64,000 nucleotides of DNA from Candidatus Kerfeldbacteria bacterium (GCA_903825245.1 CAIJZX010000031.1:14413-78412), one strand, 5' to 3'; shown: positions 19,088 through 29,126, counted from the stretch's first letter. A program made the numbers and translations. The notes: generated by a model from the letters alone, not told the origin.

Positions 19088-19330
19088 TTACCGCTTGATC
19101 ACAACAATCGTACAATGAGTCATCAGGGCAGCAATCGCTCCAACTGCTACCAGTGGCATTGCCACCACCGCGCCAATGACTCCAACTGTTACCGGGAATT
19201 GAATAATTTCTTTTCCGTCGTCATTTTTAATGATGATTGTCCGGGCATTACCGGCGACGATAATCTCCTTCACTTTGCGAACGAGGTCGTCGCCAGTGAC
19301 CTTGAATTCTTCATCGGGTGATTGTTTCAT
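19088..19330 (-). CDS. DUF4342-like small membrane-associated protein
   Basis: EEFKVTGDDLVRKVKEIIVAGNARTIIIKNDDGKEIIQFPVTVGVIGAVVAMPLVAVGAIAALMT matches the DUF4342 pattern; start chosen to abut the upstream gene. Confidence 0.6.
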   Translation of the reverse strand: MKQSPDEEFKVTGDDLVRKVKEIIVAGNARTIIIKNDDGKEIIQFPVTVGVIGAVVAMPLVAVGAIAALMTHCTIVVIKR

Positions 19331-19334
19331 ACAT

Positions 19335-20315
19335 TTATTTCCAGTGAATATCGATATTTGAGGCACCAGTAGTAACCCGAAGTTCGAGCTTCTTGTTGTG
19401 ATCTCCCGCACCGTCACTCACGTACGTTCCATCGGATTGCTTAGTAAATCTCGGTACTGTTTTACTTGAGGCGCCAGTATCGAGATGGAGCGTTACACCA
19501 AGTGTTGACGGTAGAGTAATATCAATCGAACTCGCTCCAGCATCAATACTGACAGACGACGTATCAACAAGATCGCCCAAAGTGATATTGAGCGATGAAG
19601 CACCGGACTTGATTGTGGCATCGGCCAGTTGAACCGACGACAGGTCAGCCGTAAGATCAGCCGCACCAGTGTCCAGGCTGAGCGTTACCGGTATATCGTT
19701 TGTCAGGCGCATATGAAGATCATTGTGCAATCCACCAAACCACCAACCTGGCGTACCATTTGTTGTCGTATACGTAGTTTCTTGCTGTTCACCACTGAGC
19801 GTTGACATACCAGAGAAACTTCCGCCCGCTGAACGATAGGTACCACTTATTACCTCGGCAGATCCGCCCTGAAGATCAACGGACACCGCGCCAAGTTTCA
19901 ACGTTACTGCCGCTGTCACCGCTCCATCAATTTTTTGCTCGCTAAAGGTCGATGTCGTCATGGCGTGTGACGGTGATGATGTTTGCATCAAGACCAAACT
20001 GCAGAAACCGATGAACACTAGTGTCACTAAAAACCCCATCAATCCCGCGCCAGTGTGACCGCGTAAAAAAATCGACAGACCAATCAAGATAATAATAATC
20101 GGCCACAATTTCCAGACCTCAAATGCGACCGTCCAATGCCAACCGTAATTATTCGCTAGCAGTTGCGCACCAAACAATACTACAACCGCACCGATAGCAA
20201 AACGCCACACGGAAAACCGTCGTGGCTTCTGGTGTTTCGATGTAGGCGATGGGACTGGGGTTGGAGCCGGCGATGGGGTCGGTATGGAAGTGGTTACGTG
20301 TGGTTCAGTGGTCAT
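19335..20315 (-). CDS. LiaF/Toastrack-domain (DUF4097/DUF2154-like) membrane protein, putative cell-envelope stress component
   Basis: Pro-rich linker, two TM helices, then a repetitive beta-helix-like region with (G/T)ASS..I repeats; start chosen to abut the pspC stop. Confidence 0.6.
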   Translation of the reverse strand: MTTEPHVTTSIPTPSPAPTPVPSPTSKHQKPRRFSVWRFAIGAVVVLFGAQLLANNYGWHWTVAFEVWKLWPIIIILIGLSIFLRGHTGAGLMGFLVTLVFIGFCSLVLMQTSSPSHAMTTSTFSEQKIDGAVTAAVTLKLGAVSVDLQGGSAEVISGTYRSAGGSFSGMSTLSGEQQETTYTTTNGTPGWWFGGLHNDLHMRLTNDIPVTLSLDTGAADLTADLSSVQLADATIKSGASSLNITLGDLVDTSSVSIDAGASSIDITLPSTLGVTLHLDTGASSKTVPRFTKQSDGTYVSDGAGDHNKKLELRVTTGASNIDIHWK

Positions 20316-20764
20316 ACATTTTTTCTTATCATTAACAAAATACCGACGAAAATTATTACTATTGGCCAGAGAATATCCCATCGCACGATATCCCACGGAA
20401 GATATTGTTTCGCCAGGACAATCAGACCAACTAGTATCAGTCCCCCACCAACAAAATTTCGAGCCGCAGTACCATTACCAATCTTCTGTCGAACGACTGT
20501 TTCGGCACGACGTGCAGCATCGCTCATCTCCTGACCGACTTGATGGACACGATCGTCCCTGGTCATTGATGCGTCTTGTTCCGGAATGATCAACCACAAC
20601 AGGATATAAACCGGAATAAGCCAACCCTTCCACAACGTCAGCAAAACGACAATTACTCGTACCAAAGTGACGTCAAGATTCCAATACTCAGCAATCCCGC
20701 CACAAACACCGGCGACAACGCGGTTCGTTGTTGATCGAAGAAATCGCTTTGTGGGTTGTTCCAT
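20312..20764 (-). CDS. pspC: PspC-domain membrane protein (phage-shock protein C family)
   Basis: RSTTNRVVAGVCGGIAEYWNLDVTLVRVIVVLL is the PspC signature. Confidence 0.8.
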   Translation of the reverse strand: MEQPTKRFLRSTTNRVVAGVCGGIAEYWNLDVTLVRVIVVLLTLWKGWLIPVYILLWLIIPEQDASMTRDDRVHQVGQEMSDAARRAETVVRQKIGNGTAARNFVGGGLILVGLIVLAKQYLPWDIVRWDILWPIVIIFVGILLMIRKNV

Positions 20765-20849
20765 AATTCGATAATGAGGTGCTGAACTCCGTTAGAATAC
20801 TGGATGGGCTGGGACTGTCAAGACTGGCCTATTCTGCTATACTTGCCTT

Positions 20850-21404
20850 ATGAAACTGACCACCGGAACACTCGTCGCCACCTTCGGAAGCGGCTGTTTT
20901 TGGTGCAGTGAACCGATATTCTACGATCTTCGAGGTGTCGTTGCTGTGACCGTTGGTTACGCCGGTGGAACAACAACCAATCCGACGTATGAGGAGGTTT
21001 GCCGCGGAACAACTGGCTATGCTGAGGTCATTCAGGTTACTTTTAATCCAAAAGTTATTTCGTACGAACAGTTGCTCGAAGTATTTTTCTTTACCCACAA
21101 TCCAACCACGCTGAATCGGCAAGGGAATGATATTGGAACGGAATATCGTTCGGTAATTTTTTATCACGATGACCAGCAGAAACAGCAAGCCGAACACGTC
21201 CGTGCCAGCATTGATGCTCAACATATCTACAACGATGCCATCGTTACTACTATCGAATCATTTACCACTTTTTACCCAGCCGAGGAGTACCATCAACAGT
21301 ACTACGAAAAAAATCCCGATCAAGGATATTGCCAAGTAATTATTAATCCGAAGATTGCGGCCTTCCGTCAAAAATTTACCACCCTACGAAAAAACTACCA
21401 GTAA
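20850..21404 (+). CDS. msrA: peptide methionine sulfoxide reductase A
   Basis: GCFWCSE active-site motif. Confidence 0.9.
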   Translation: MKLTTGTLVATFGSGCFWCSEPIFYDLRGVVAVTVGYAGGTTTNPTYEEVCRGTTGYAEVIQVTFNPKVISYEQLLEVFFFTHNPTTLNRQGNDIGTEYRSVIFYHDDQQKQQAEHVRASIDAQHIYNDAIVTTIESFTTFYPAEEYHQQYYEKNPDQGYCQVIINPKIAAFRQKFTTLRKNYQ

Positions 21405-21517
21405 TGTTTTTGGGAAGGATTTCGGTACCTATACCTTCGGGTGCTCGATCTTCAAGCGTCCAGTCCCAGCCGGATAGTGCAACAACTCTAAAGTCGCCGA
21501 AGGATATTAGTCTTTCG

Positions 21518-22018
21518 TCAGGAACGCATATACTGTTCGAACCAAAAAGTTTCACCACCTTCAGTAACTGGCTTCCCTTTTGCTACCAGCGTAAAGTCGG
21601 AAGGTATAGGTGGAAATAACACATCGCAGTTGTGTCCATCTTTCACTCTAGTGATTAATAATTCCTGACAATTCGGCAGGGCAATCGCCTGCTTGTAGAT
21701 ACTCGCACCGCCGATGATAAAGACTTTTTCTACGCCAGCTGCTATATTGAATGCTTCGTCAAAACTACCCGCCGTCTTCGCGCCATCGTAGGATGTTTTT
21801 GATAGACTCAAAACAATGTTCTCTCGTTGCGGTAGCGGACGAAATTTTTCGGGAAGCGACGACCAGGTTGCCTCGCCCATAATCACGGCGTTCTTTCCCC
21901 CACCAATGGTGAGTTCTCGAAAATGTTTCAACTCACCCGGAATACGCCACGCCAGTTCACCATGACGTCCAATGCCATTTTCCTCATCAATTGCGACAAT
22001 GATTGAGAATGGGACCAT
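21518..22018 (-). CDS. folA: dihydrofolate reductase
   Basis: MVPFSIIVAIDEENGIGRHGELAWRIPGELKHF. Confidence 0.9.
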   Translation of the reverse strand: MVPFSIIVAIDEENGIGRHGELAWRIPGELKHFRELTIGGGKNAVIMGEATWSSLPEKFRPLPQRENIVLSLSKTSYDGAKTAGSFDEAFNIAAGVEKVFIIGGASIYKQAIALPNCQELLITRVKDGHNCDVLFPPIPSDFTLVAKGKPVTEGGETFWFEQYMRS

Positions 22019-22941
22019 TAGACGGCAATCTGAAATTTGATAGCCGGATCCGGATCGTAACCGGTTAGGGTAAAATCTTCATACACCAAATCATCGATCG
22101 GTTTATTGGCAATAGTCAACTGCGGTAACGTTTTGGGTTGCCGTGTCAGTTGTTCTTTGACGCCATCAATGTGATTCAGATAAATATGGGCATCGCCGAA
22201 AGAATGGATAAAGTGGCGCGGCGTAAAACCTGTTTGTTGAGCGATGATCATCAAGAGTGCTGCGTAACTGGCAACGTTGTACGGGACGCCGAGGGCCATG
22301 TCGGCGCTCCGCTGATACAGTTGTAAATCAAGAAATTTGTTCGTGACCTTGAATTGGAAAATCGTGTGGCACGAAGGAGGCGCGTGGTGGTGATTGCGAA
22401 TAAGATCCTGAATTTCTCCGACATTCCACCCGCTGATGATAATCCGTCGCGATCCTGGATCTGTTTTCAACAATTCGATCACCCCGGCGATTTGGTCAAT
22501 TTCCTCGCCAGAAGCAGACAGCCACCGCCGCCATTGTTTGCCGTAAATTGGTCCAAGTTCGCCGTACTTTTTCGCGAAGGCGTCGTCCGTTTTCACCTGT
22601 TCAACAAATTCCTGCATCCTCACTCGCCAACTATCGGAGTACCGCGGATACTGGTCAATGAGTTTATTGTCTTCCAGGTAAATCTGGTACGCCCACTCGT
22701 TCCAAATTTTCACGTCGTGCTGGACAAGATACTGGATGTTCGTATCGCCGCGAAGAAACCATAGGAGTTCAACAATGACATTTTTAAAACTGACTTTTTT
22801 CGTCGTCATCAATGGAAAGCCCTGACGCAGGTCATAACGCACCTGCATACCGAAAACCGACTTCGTACCAACTCCGGTCCGGTCGTTATGGTGCTCACCA
22901 TGATCGAGGATATATTGGAGTTGATCGAGATATTGACGCAT
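22018..22941 (-). CDS. thyA: thymidylate synthase (long ThyA form)
   Basis: HNDRTGVGTKSVFG, PLMTTKKV, catalytic PPCH. Confidence 0.92.
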   Translation of the reverse strand: MRQYLDQLQYILDHGEHHNDRTGVGTKSVFGMQVRYDLRQGFPLMTTKKVSFKNVIVELLWFLRGDTNIQYLVQHDVKIWNEWAYQIYLEDNKLIDQYPRYSDSWRVRMQEFVEQVKTDDAFAKKYGELGPIYGKQWRRWLSASGEEIDQIAGVIELLKTDPGSRRIIISGWNVGEIQDLIRNHHHAPPSCHTIFQFKVTNKFLDLQLYQRSADMALGVPYNVASYAALLMIIAQQTGFTPRHFIHSFGDAHIYLNHIDGVKEQLTRQPKTLPQLTIANKPIDDLVYEDFTLTGYDPDPAIKFQIAV

Positions 22942-22980
22942 GGCAATGATAGAGTATCAGAAATAGAACAAAGAAAAAAG

Positions 22981-23003
22981 GCTAAGCGACTACTTAGCCT
23001 TGG
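22981..23003 (-). terminator. intrinsic terminator of tmk (aggctaag-cgacta-cttagcct followed by a U run on the minus strand)
   Basis: 8-bp stem overlapping the tmk stop, then TTTTTTCTTT on the minus strand. Confidence 0.6.
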
Positions 23004-23682
23004 AACGAAGTGTTGTGTTGAGTGCCGACAGAACAAGCTGGTGCACAACCGGAATACTCAACAGCTCCCCGCGCGGTGCGCAATTGATTACCGTCATACC
23101 GGGAAAGAATTGAGCTAGTTCCTGGTAGACCGATGAGGCCTGACGCTGATGATGGGAATCATTCTCTGCAATATCACGTTTCGACTTCAGGTACGCGCGG
23201 TTGTGCTTCTTGGCGTTCAATTGCCGTGTCAGCGTTGTCGGAACGAAGAGAACGACTGTATGATCTGGACGCGGAATCTGCAAGAGTCGGTATTCCAGGT
23301 CAACGCTCCACTGCCAGAAACGCTGGCGGGCAGTGCGATTACTGATTTTCGCACCCTGGTGCGCCAAATTCGATGTCACATACCGATCAGCGATGACAAA
23401 GCACCCTTCCTGTAACCAGCGCTCAATCTTCGCTCTGGCCGCCACTCGATCTATCGCGTAGAGGAGCGACGCTTGATGTGAAGTGAGCGAGGACAACGGA
23501 CCGTATTCACCGCGCAAGTACGCTTCAATGGGCGCGGCCGAAGCTTCGCCGTATTGCGGGAAGGAAATAGTTCGGACGGGCTTTCCCATCCGCCGAAGTG
23601 TATTCGCCAAACGACGAGTCTGCGTCGCTTTTCCCGCGCCGTCAGTCCCCTCGATGACAATCAGAGTTCCCCGTTTCTTCAT
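22990..23682 (-). CDS. tmk: thymidylate kinase
   Basis: LIVIEGTDGAGKATQ P-loop. Confidence 0.9.
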   Translation of the reverse strand: MKKRGTLIVIEGTDGAGKATQTRRLANTLRRMGKPVRTISFPQYGEASAAPIEAYLRGEYGPLSSLTSHQASLLYAIDRVAARAKIERWLQEGCFVIADRYVTSNLAHQGAKISNRTARQRFWQWSVDLEYRLLQIPRPDHTVVLFVPTTLTRQLNAKKHNRAYLKSKRDIAENDSHHQRQASSVYQELAQFFPGMTVINCAPRGELLSIPVVHQLVLSALNTTLRSKAK

Positions 23683-23763
23683 AGATCACTCCTCCTCAAC
23701 AATAGTTGATACTGCTGTCAAAGGACCGTAACCAAGGTCCTCCAACGTCTTGGTGGCGACATC

Positions 23764-23793
23764 GTAACACACCAAAAAAGCCTCCGCAATACG
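23764..23793 (-). terminator. intrinsic terminator after rplA (gcctccg-caatac-ggaggc with U/A runs on both sides; bidirectional)
   Basis: aaaaaagcctccgcaatacggaggcttttc. Confidence 0.7.
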
Positions 23794-23812
23794 GAGGCTT
23801 TTCGACTATCAG

Positions 23813-24490
23813 TTAGGCAGTGACTTTGATGCCCGGACCCATGCTTGAGGTCAGGGTAACGCTTTGAATGTAGGTTCCTTTGGCTTCTGAAGGTTTTACC
23901 TTCTTGACCGCATCGATAAAGGTTTCGAGGTTCGCCTGGAGCTGTTCCGGACTAAACGAGACTTTACCGATAATCTGATGCACATTGCCCGTGGTATCGT
24001 TCCGGAAGGCAATTTTGCCGCTCTGGAGGGCTTTGACGGCCACCGCCGGGTCTGGAGTCACAGTATCATTCTTCGGGTTCGGCATCATGCCTTTGGTTCC
24101 GAGGATTTTCGCAATCGGCGCCAATTCTTTCATCATATCCGGGGCGGCAATAGCGATGTCAAAATCAAGCTTTGAGGTCTTCTTGATTTCAGCAATCATA
24201 TCCGTATCGCCGACAAGGTCAGCACCGGCTTCTTGAGCCGCTTTGGCCATCGCGCCTTTCGCGAACACTGCAATCCGAAGTTTCTTTCCCGTGCCGTGCG
24301 GCAATTGCGCGGTAGCGCGAACCAACTGATCGGCTTTGCTCGGATCAATCCCGAGGTGAATATGGACCTCAACGCTGGCATCAAACTTTGTGGTCGATGT
24401 CTGCTTCAATAAGGCCACCGCTTCTTCAGCGCTGTAGGTTTTGTTGACGTCGACCAATTGCTGGGCGGCGCGAAATCGTTTACTCGACAT
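23813..24490 (-). CDS. rplA: 50S ribosomal protein L1
   Basis: MSSKRFRAAQ...; start set at this Met (GAAAGGAAAACAGT + ATG), the longer ORF extension is unlikely. Confidence 0.9.
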   Translation of the reverse strand: MSSKRFRAAQQLVDVNKTYSAEEAVALLKQTSTTKFDASVEVHIHLGIDPSKADQLVRATAQLPHGTGKKLRIAVFAKGAMAKAAQEAGADLVGDTDMIAEIKKTSKLDFDIAIAAPDMMKELAPIAKILGTKGMMPNPKNDTVTPDPAVAVKALQSGKIAFRNDTTGNVHQIIGKVSFSPEQLQANLETFIDAVKKVKPSEAKGTYIQSVTLTSSMGPGIKVTA

Positions 24491-24503
24491 ACTGTTTTCC
24501 TTT

Positions 24504-24530
24504 CGTGGTTCGAATGCCCCGCCGTATGGC
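24504..24530 (-). promoter_or_regulatory. hairpin in the rplK-rplA spacer (cctcgcc-atac-ggcgggg on the minus strand), candidate L1 autoregulatory site
   Basis: 7-bp G/C stem immediately upstream of the rplA RBS; a near-identical hairpin core (CCGCCGTATGGCGGG) recurs at 13917-13936. Confidence 0.3.
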
Positions 24531-24563
24531 GAGGCTCCCACAAATTAGTAAATACTTGGGTTA

Positions 24564-24989
24564 TTAACCTTCAATAGTAACGCCCATGTTGCGGGCCGTA
24601 CCTTCGATAATGCGCATTGCACCTTCGATATCCTTCGCGTTCAAATCAGCCATTTTCTTTTCGGCAATTTCTTTGACTTGCGCCTTCGTGACTTTTCCGA
24701 CCTTCACTCGCAGTGGGTCAGCGCTACCTTTTTCAATCTTCGCCGCTTTCATCAATAAGACAGAGGCCGGAGCGGTTTTCAGGACGTAGGTATATGTACG
24801 ATCTTCATAAATCGTCATTTCGACCGGCGTCACTTCGCCCATACGGTCTTGCGTATCGGCATTGAACTTCTTAACGAACTCGGCGATGTTCAACCCGTGG
24901 GGTCCAAGAGCAGTACCGACCGGAGGCGCTGGAGTTGCTTTTCCGCCCGGAATTTGGAGCTTGATAATTGTCTTGATCTTCTTAGCCAT
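24564..24989 (-). CDS. rplK: 50S ribosomal protein L11
   Basis: [34 protein letters not shown]. Confidence 0.93.
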   Translation of the reverse strand: MAKKIKTIIKLQIPGGKATPAPPVGTALGPHGLNIAEFVKKFNADTQDRMGEVTPVEMTIYEDRTYTYVLKTAPASVLLMKAAKIEKGSADPLRVKVGKVTKAQVKEIAEKKMADLNAKDIEGAMRIIEGTARNMGVTIEG

Positions 24990-25046
24990 AGGTGTAGATG
25001 AGTAGAGTGAGTGCCCGATGCGAGAAGCGCGCTGCGGACAATCGAA

Positions 25047-25592
25047 TTAAATTTTCTTGACTTGTAAGAAATCGAGTTCGACAGGTGTTTCGCGACCGAA
25101 CATCGAGACGAGAACTTTAACCTTGCCGCGGCCTTCATCAACTTCCGCAACTTTGCCTTCAAATTCTTTGAACGGCCCATCGGTAATACGCACAGCGGAA
25201 TTAACTTCGACGTCGATCTTGTATTTCGGTTCGGCTACGCCCATGCGTTCGAGCAAGGCACGCACTTCCGCTTCGGCAATCGGCGTTGGGGTCGTACCGG
25301 AACCGATGAATCCGGTGACGTTCGGCGTATTGCGAACCACGTACCATGAATCATCCGTCACCAACATTTCTACCAGCACGTAGCCCGGGAAAATTTTCTC
25401 AGTCATGATTTTTCGCTTTCCGTTTTTGATGCGAATGCGATTTTCGGTCGGGATCAGGACATTATAAATTTTATCTTCCATGTCCATGGACTCGATACGC
25501 TGTCGCAGGTTGCGGGCGACGTTTTCCTCATAGCCGGAGTAGGTGTGAAGCACGTACCAGCGGCGACCTTGTTGCAGTACTTGTTTTGCCAT
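25047..25592 (-). CDS. nusG: transcription termination/antitermination factor NusG
   Basis: WYVLHTYSGYEENV NGN domain and a KOW C-terminus. Confidence 0.9.
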   Translation of the reverse strand: MAKQVLQQGRRWYVLHTYSGYEENVARNLRQRIESMDMEDKIYNVLIPTENRIRIKNGKRKIMTEKIFPGYVLVEMLVTDDSWYVVRNTPNVTGFIGSGTTPTPIAEAEVRALLERMGVAEPKYKIDVEVNSAVRITDGPFKEFEGKVAEVDEGRGKVKVLVSMFGRETPVELDFLQVKKI

Positions 25593-25598
25593 ACGAGA

Positions 25599-25784
25599 TT
25601 ATTTGGTCACGAGTTGAAAGAGGGCGCTCAAGCCGATATCGGCGAGGCCGAGAAAAATAGCGACGAAAATGCTAATACCCATCACCAGTAAGGTGTTATT
25701 CCGGGTTTCCAGCCATGTCGGCCAGGCGACTTTTCGGAGTTCTTCCCGCGCTTCGCGGAAATATGCAGGGGGGCGGAGAGCCAT
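25599..25784 (-). CDS. secE: preprotein translocase subunit SecE
   Basis: 61 aa with a single C-terminal TM helix and the position upstream of nusG. Confidence 0.85.
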   Translation of the reverse strand: MALRPPAYFREAREELRKVAWPTWLETRNNTLLVMGISIFVAIFLGLADIGLSALFQLVTK

Positions 25785-25853
25785 TGTGTATCAGTCCTAA
25801 AATGCCCCGTGGGGGCGTTGATGTAGATACTCTACCCTACTTCTGACGCGCTG

Positions 25854-27002
25854 TCAAGACGTGACTGCCTTTATCTCGAGTAGTTGCTCATGAACCCGAT
25901 GAGCTGCCGCCAAACCGCTAATCCATGAATCCTCCATGCCCACAATATTATGATCACCGGCTACTAAGATGTTCGGCAACGGCTCAATATCCAACACCGT
26001 CCCAGCGCCCATCCAAAATGCCGGTTTCCATGATTTGCATGCAATAATTTCCACCTGACCATCAAATAATTCGGAAAAGTTTTCGTCCGGAACACGGCGA
26101 TAACACAAAAACGTTCCGTCATGTTGCGGAGACAAAAATAAATTGTTGGATGGCGAACGAAACACATGAATATCGCCATGAACAAACTCCGAACGACAAT
26201 GGCCACGGAGATGATACATCGTTGCGGTTCGAGGTGTTTTGGTGGTGCGGATCGGTAACAAATTTATCAATTGCTCTGTCGGCAGTGCAACCACAACAGT
26301 GTTCGCCCTGATTGTTTCGTTAGTACTCATTTGAATCGTATGTGGTGAACCGGGAATTATTTTGGTCACCGAAATCCCCTGTTCTATAACCTGAACACCG
26401 TTCATCATCTTTGCTCGATCAACAGTAAATTCAAATACCGGAACGGTGAGATACATCATCAAATGAAAAAAATCAAAAACCGTTACCGCAGAAAGTTCAG
26501 AAAACGTGCACATCCGAATAATCGGTGCAAAATATGTGTCAACAAATTCCGTTAAGCCGTGACGCACTAACCAAAAATCAGTATATTCATTGTACATCGC
26601 TAGCAATGTCAGGTCGCGTTGAAGTGCCGCCTGTTGACCGACCTGCTCCGCGCGCTTTTGAAATCGGTGAAACCGTCGACGGAATATCAACGACCGCATA
26701 AGCAGTGTACCAGCGGCAACCGGATGATGCCACCAACTTGACCATGTTCTTGGGCCTGACCCATGGTAGCGTATTTGAGAAAGGCGTAAACGACGACCGG
26801 GAATACTACATTCACGAATATGGCGATTATCGCCACCGAAGATATACGCTCCATAGTTGACCTGACCGTCACTGGAGGATGTCACCCGTCCGCCCACATC
26901 TTGTGAGATAACGCGCACCGTATGTCCGAGTCGTTGCAGTTCCCGAGCACAGGCTATGCCAGACACTCCAGCGCCGATAATCACTGTGGGTTGTTCAGGC
27001 AT
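25854..27002 (-). CDS. FAD/NAD(P)-binding oxidoreductase (amine-oxidase/desaturase-like)
   Basis: VIIGAGVSGIACARELQRLGHTVRVISQDVGGR dinucleotide-binding motif. Confidence 0.7.
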   Translation of the reverse strand: MPEQPTVIIGAGVSGIACARELQRLGHTVRVISQDVGGRVTSSSDGQVNYGAYIFGGDNRHIRECSIPGRRLRLSQIRYHGSGPRTWSSWWHHPVAAGTLLMRSLIFRRRFHRFQKRAEQVGQQAALQRDLTLLAMYNEYTDFWLVRHGLTEFVDTYFAPIIRMCTFSELSAVTVFDFFHLMMYLTVPVFEFTVDRAKMMNGVQVIEQGISVTKIIPGSPHTIQMSTNETIRANTVVVALPTEQLINLLPIRTTKTPRTATMYHLRGHCRSEFVHGDIHVFRSPSNNLFLSPQHDGTFLCYRRVPDENFSELFDGQVEIIACKSWKPAFWMGAGTVLDIEPLPNILVAGDHNIVGMEDSWISGLAAAHRVHEQLLEIKAVTS

Positions 27003-27050
27003 ACGTAAAGAATGTCACACTCCACGTGCGACGTCAAAACCCCTGTTTAT

Positions 27051-28160
27051 TTACACCCGCTTTTCTTCGAAGCGGAAGGTAAACACTGCCAGGGTGATGA
27101 GCACGATCGCCCAGCCGGTCATCCATAAAAGATTAGTCCGAATCGCCATAAAGCCGTCGCCGTTGGCGACCACATTCCGCAATGCCGTGGCGAACGGTTG
27201 CAATGGCAGATAGGTAACGATCTTCTGCAACCACGCCGGCATCGAACTCGTCGGAAAGAAAATACCGGACAAGAACATCATCGGGAAAACCACAATGTTG
27301 GCGATGGCCGGAACAGCGTCAACCGTTTTGGCAATACCGGAGATCGTAAAGCCGAGCCCCAAAAACATCAGCGCGCCGAGTAAGACGAGCAAGAAGATCA
27401 GCAACCACGAACCATACACATGCGTATGGAAGATCAGCATGCCGAACAATAGGAGAATAAACGTCTGAACAATAGCTACGAGCAATCGCGTCATTACCTG
27501 CGCCGCGACGAATTGTTGCGGTTTCATCGGCGTCGCCAGCAATCGTTTCAAAATCCCCTTCTCTTTATAATCGGTAAAGACGAAGGCCACCGAGAAGACC
27601 GCCATTTGCATGACCGACATAGCCACAATACCCGGCACCAGGAAATCGATGTATTTCACCGACTTAGCGTTCACCGACTGAATATCGACGTTGAACAGTG
27701 TCGGCGCTTGCGCGGCTTGAAGTGTCGTTTTATCGAGGAGTTGATTCAGGATAGTAATAGCCGTTTGGGCTTGCTGTGCCCGGGCGATGTTCTGCAAGAC
27801 GGTCACGGTTTGGGTTACCGGCGCAGAGGTAGTCGTCGGATTCGGCATCAGATCGTTGGGAAGAATAAAGACTGCGTCACGATCACCTTTCTGCAGCGCC
27901 GCTTTTTCCGTCGCCGCTGTGCCGCGGTGAATTTTAAAGACCGAAATTTTTCCCAGGGCATCGATAAACGTCTGGGTCATGGCGGACGGAGCTTGAGCAA
28001 CAACACCTACATCAATCACCTGAGGCTTATCGAAACCGATGAGGCCAAAGATACCGATAAAAATGAATGGCATGAATAACGTGAAAAACAACGATTGCTT
28101 ATTCCGCACAAACATTTTCAACGTAGAGACGGTCAGGATCCTCGTCGTCATATTATTCAC
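27051..28160 (-). CDS. ABC-2 family transporter permease
   Basis: Six TM helices with the ABC-2 architecture; 8-nt overlap with the ATPase gene. Confidence 0.75.
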   Translation of the reverse strand: MNNMTTRILTVSTLKMFVRNKQSLFFTLFMPFIFIGIFGLIGFDKPQVIDVGVVAQAPSAMTQTFIDALGKISVFKIHRGTAATEKAALQKGDRDAVFILPNDLMPNPTTTSAPVTQTVTVLQNIARAQQAQTAITILNQLLDKTTLQAAQAPTLFNVDIQSVNAKSVKYIDFLVPGIVAMSVMQMAVFSVAFVFTDYKEKGILKRLLATPMKPQQFVAAQVMTRLLVAIVQTFILLLFGMLIFHTHVYGSWLLIFLLVLLGALMFLGLGFTISGIAKTVDAVPAIANIVVFPMMFLSGIFFPTSSMPAWLQKIVTYLPLQPFATALRNVVANGDGFMAIRTNLLWMTGWAIVLITLAVFTFRFEEKRV

Positions 28161-29073
28161 GTAATCTCCGGCCAGTAAGTTTTAGAAAAACATCCTCGAG
28201 TGTCGGTTGCTGCATTTGTAAATTTTGAATCGTCACGCCGGCTTGTTGGGCAAAGGTGAAAACCGCCGGCAAGGCGAGTGCCGGAACTTTGCTTTTCAGG
28301 AACACCACGTGATCCTCGGATTTCGCGTCATCGACGCCGGGCAGGCCTTTCAAACCGGCGACATCAATCGGTTTATTAATATGGAATTCAATCGTCGCTC
28401 CGCCGTCGGCAAGTTTGAGCAGGTTCAAGGGCGTATCCAGGGCAATGATTTTAGCATGATCCATAATGGCGATTCGGTCACACAACACTTCCGCTTCTTC
28501 CATATAGTGCGTCGTAATAACGATGGTCACTCCCCGCTTCTTGATAATACCGATCAGATCCCAGAGGTTGCGGCGCGCTTGCGGATCAAGTCCAGTCGTC
28601 GGTTCATCGAGAAAAACAACTTTCGGTTTATTGACTAACGCGACCGCAATGGAGAGTCGCTGTTTCTGACCGCCGGAGAGTTCTTTTACTTGGCTCTTTG
28701 CTTTTTCTTCAAGTTGCACTTCTCGCAACAGTTCCATGGCATCAACTTTCTGACCATATAATGCACCGAAGGTTTCAACCAGTTCCTTTAAACTGAGATA
28801 GTCAAAAAATGACGACGCCTGCAATTGCACCCCGATAATCGATTTTACCTCGCGGACATGCTTAGCTACAGACTTCCCGTCGAGGATCACCGACCCCGAA
28901 CTCATCATTTTCAACCCTTCCATCATTTCCATGGTGGTCGTCTTGCCGGCGCCGTTCGGACCGAGAATACCAAACGTTTCGCCCTGGCGAACCTCAAACG
29001 TTACACCATCCACAGCGGTAAATTCACCATACACCTTCTTCAGGTCTGTGACTTTTATGATAGCATCCGTCAT
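28153..29073 (-). CDS. ABC transporter ATP-binding protein
   Basis: GPNGAGKTT Walker A, LSGGQKQR signature, ILDEPT Walker B. Confidence 0.9.
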   Translation of the reverse strand: MTDAIIKVTDLKKVYGEFTAVDGVTFEVRQGETFGILGPNGAGKTTTMEMMEGLKMMSSGSVILDGKSVAKHVREVKSIIGVQLQASSFFDYLSLKELVETFGALYGQKVDAMELLREVQLEEKAKSQVKELSGGQKQRLSIAVALVNKPKVVFLDEPTTGLDPQARRNLWDLIGIIKKRGVTIVITTHYMEEAEVLCDRIAIMDHAKIIALDTPLNLLKLADGGATIEFHINKPIDVAGLKGLPGVDDAKSEDHVVFLKSKVPALALPAVFTFAQQAGVTIQNLQMQQPTLEDVFLKLTGRRLRE

Positions 29074-29126
29074 AAGTTTTTGCAGTATACAGGAAAATGG
29101 AAATATTGTGAAGAGTAGCTTTGGGG

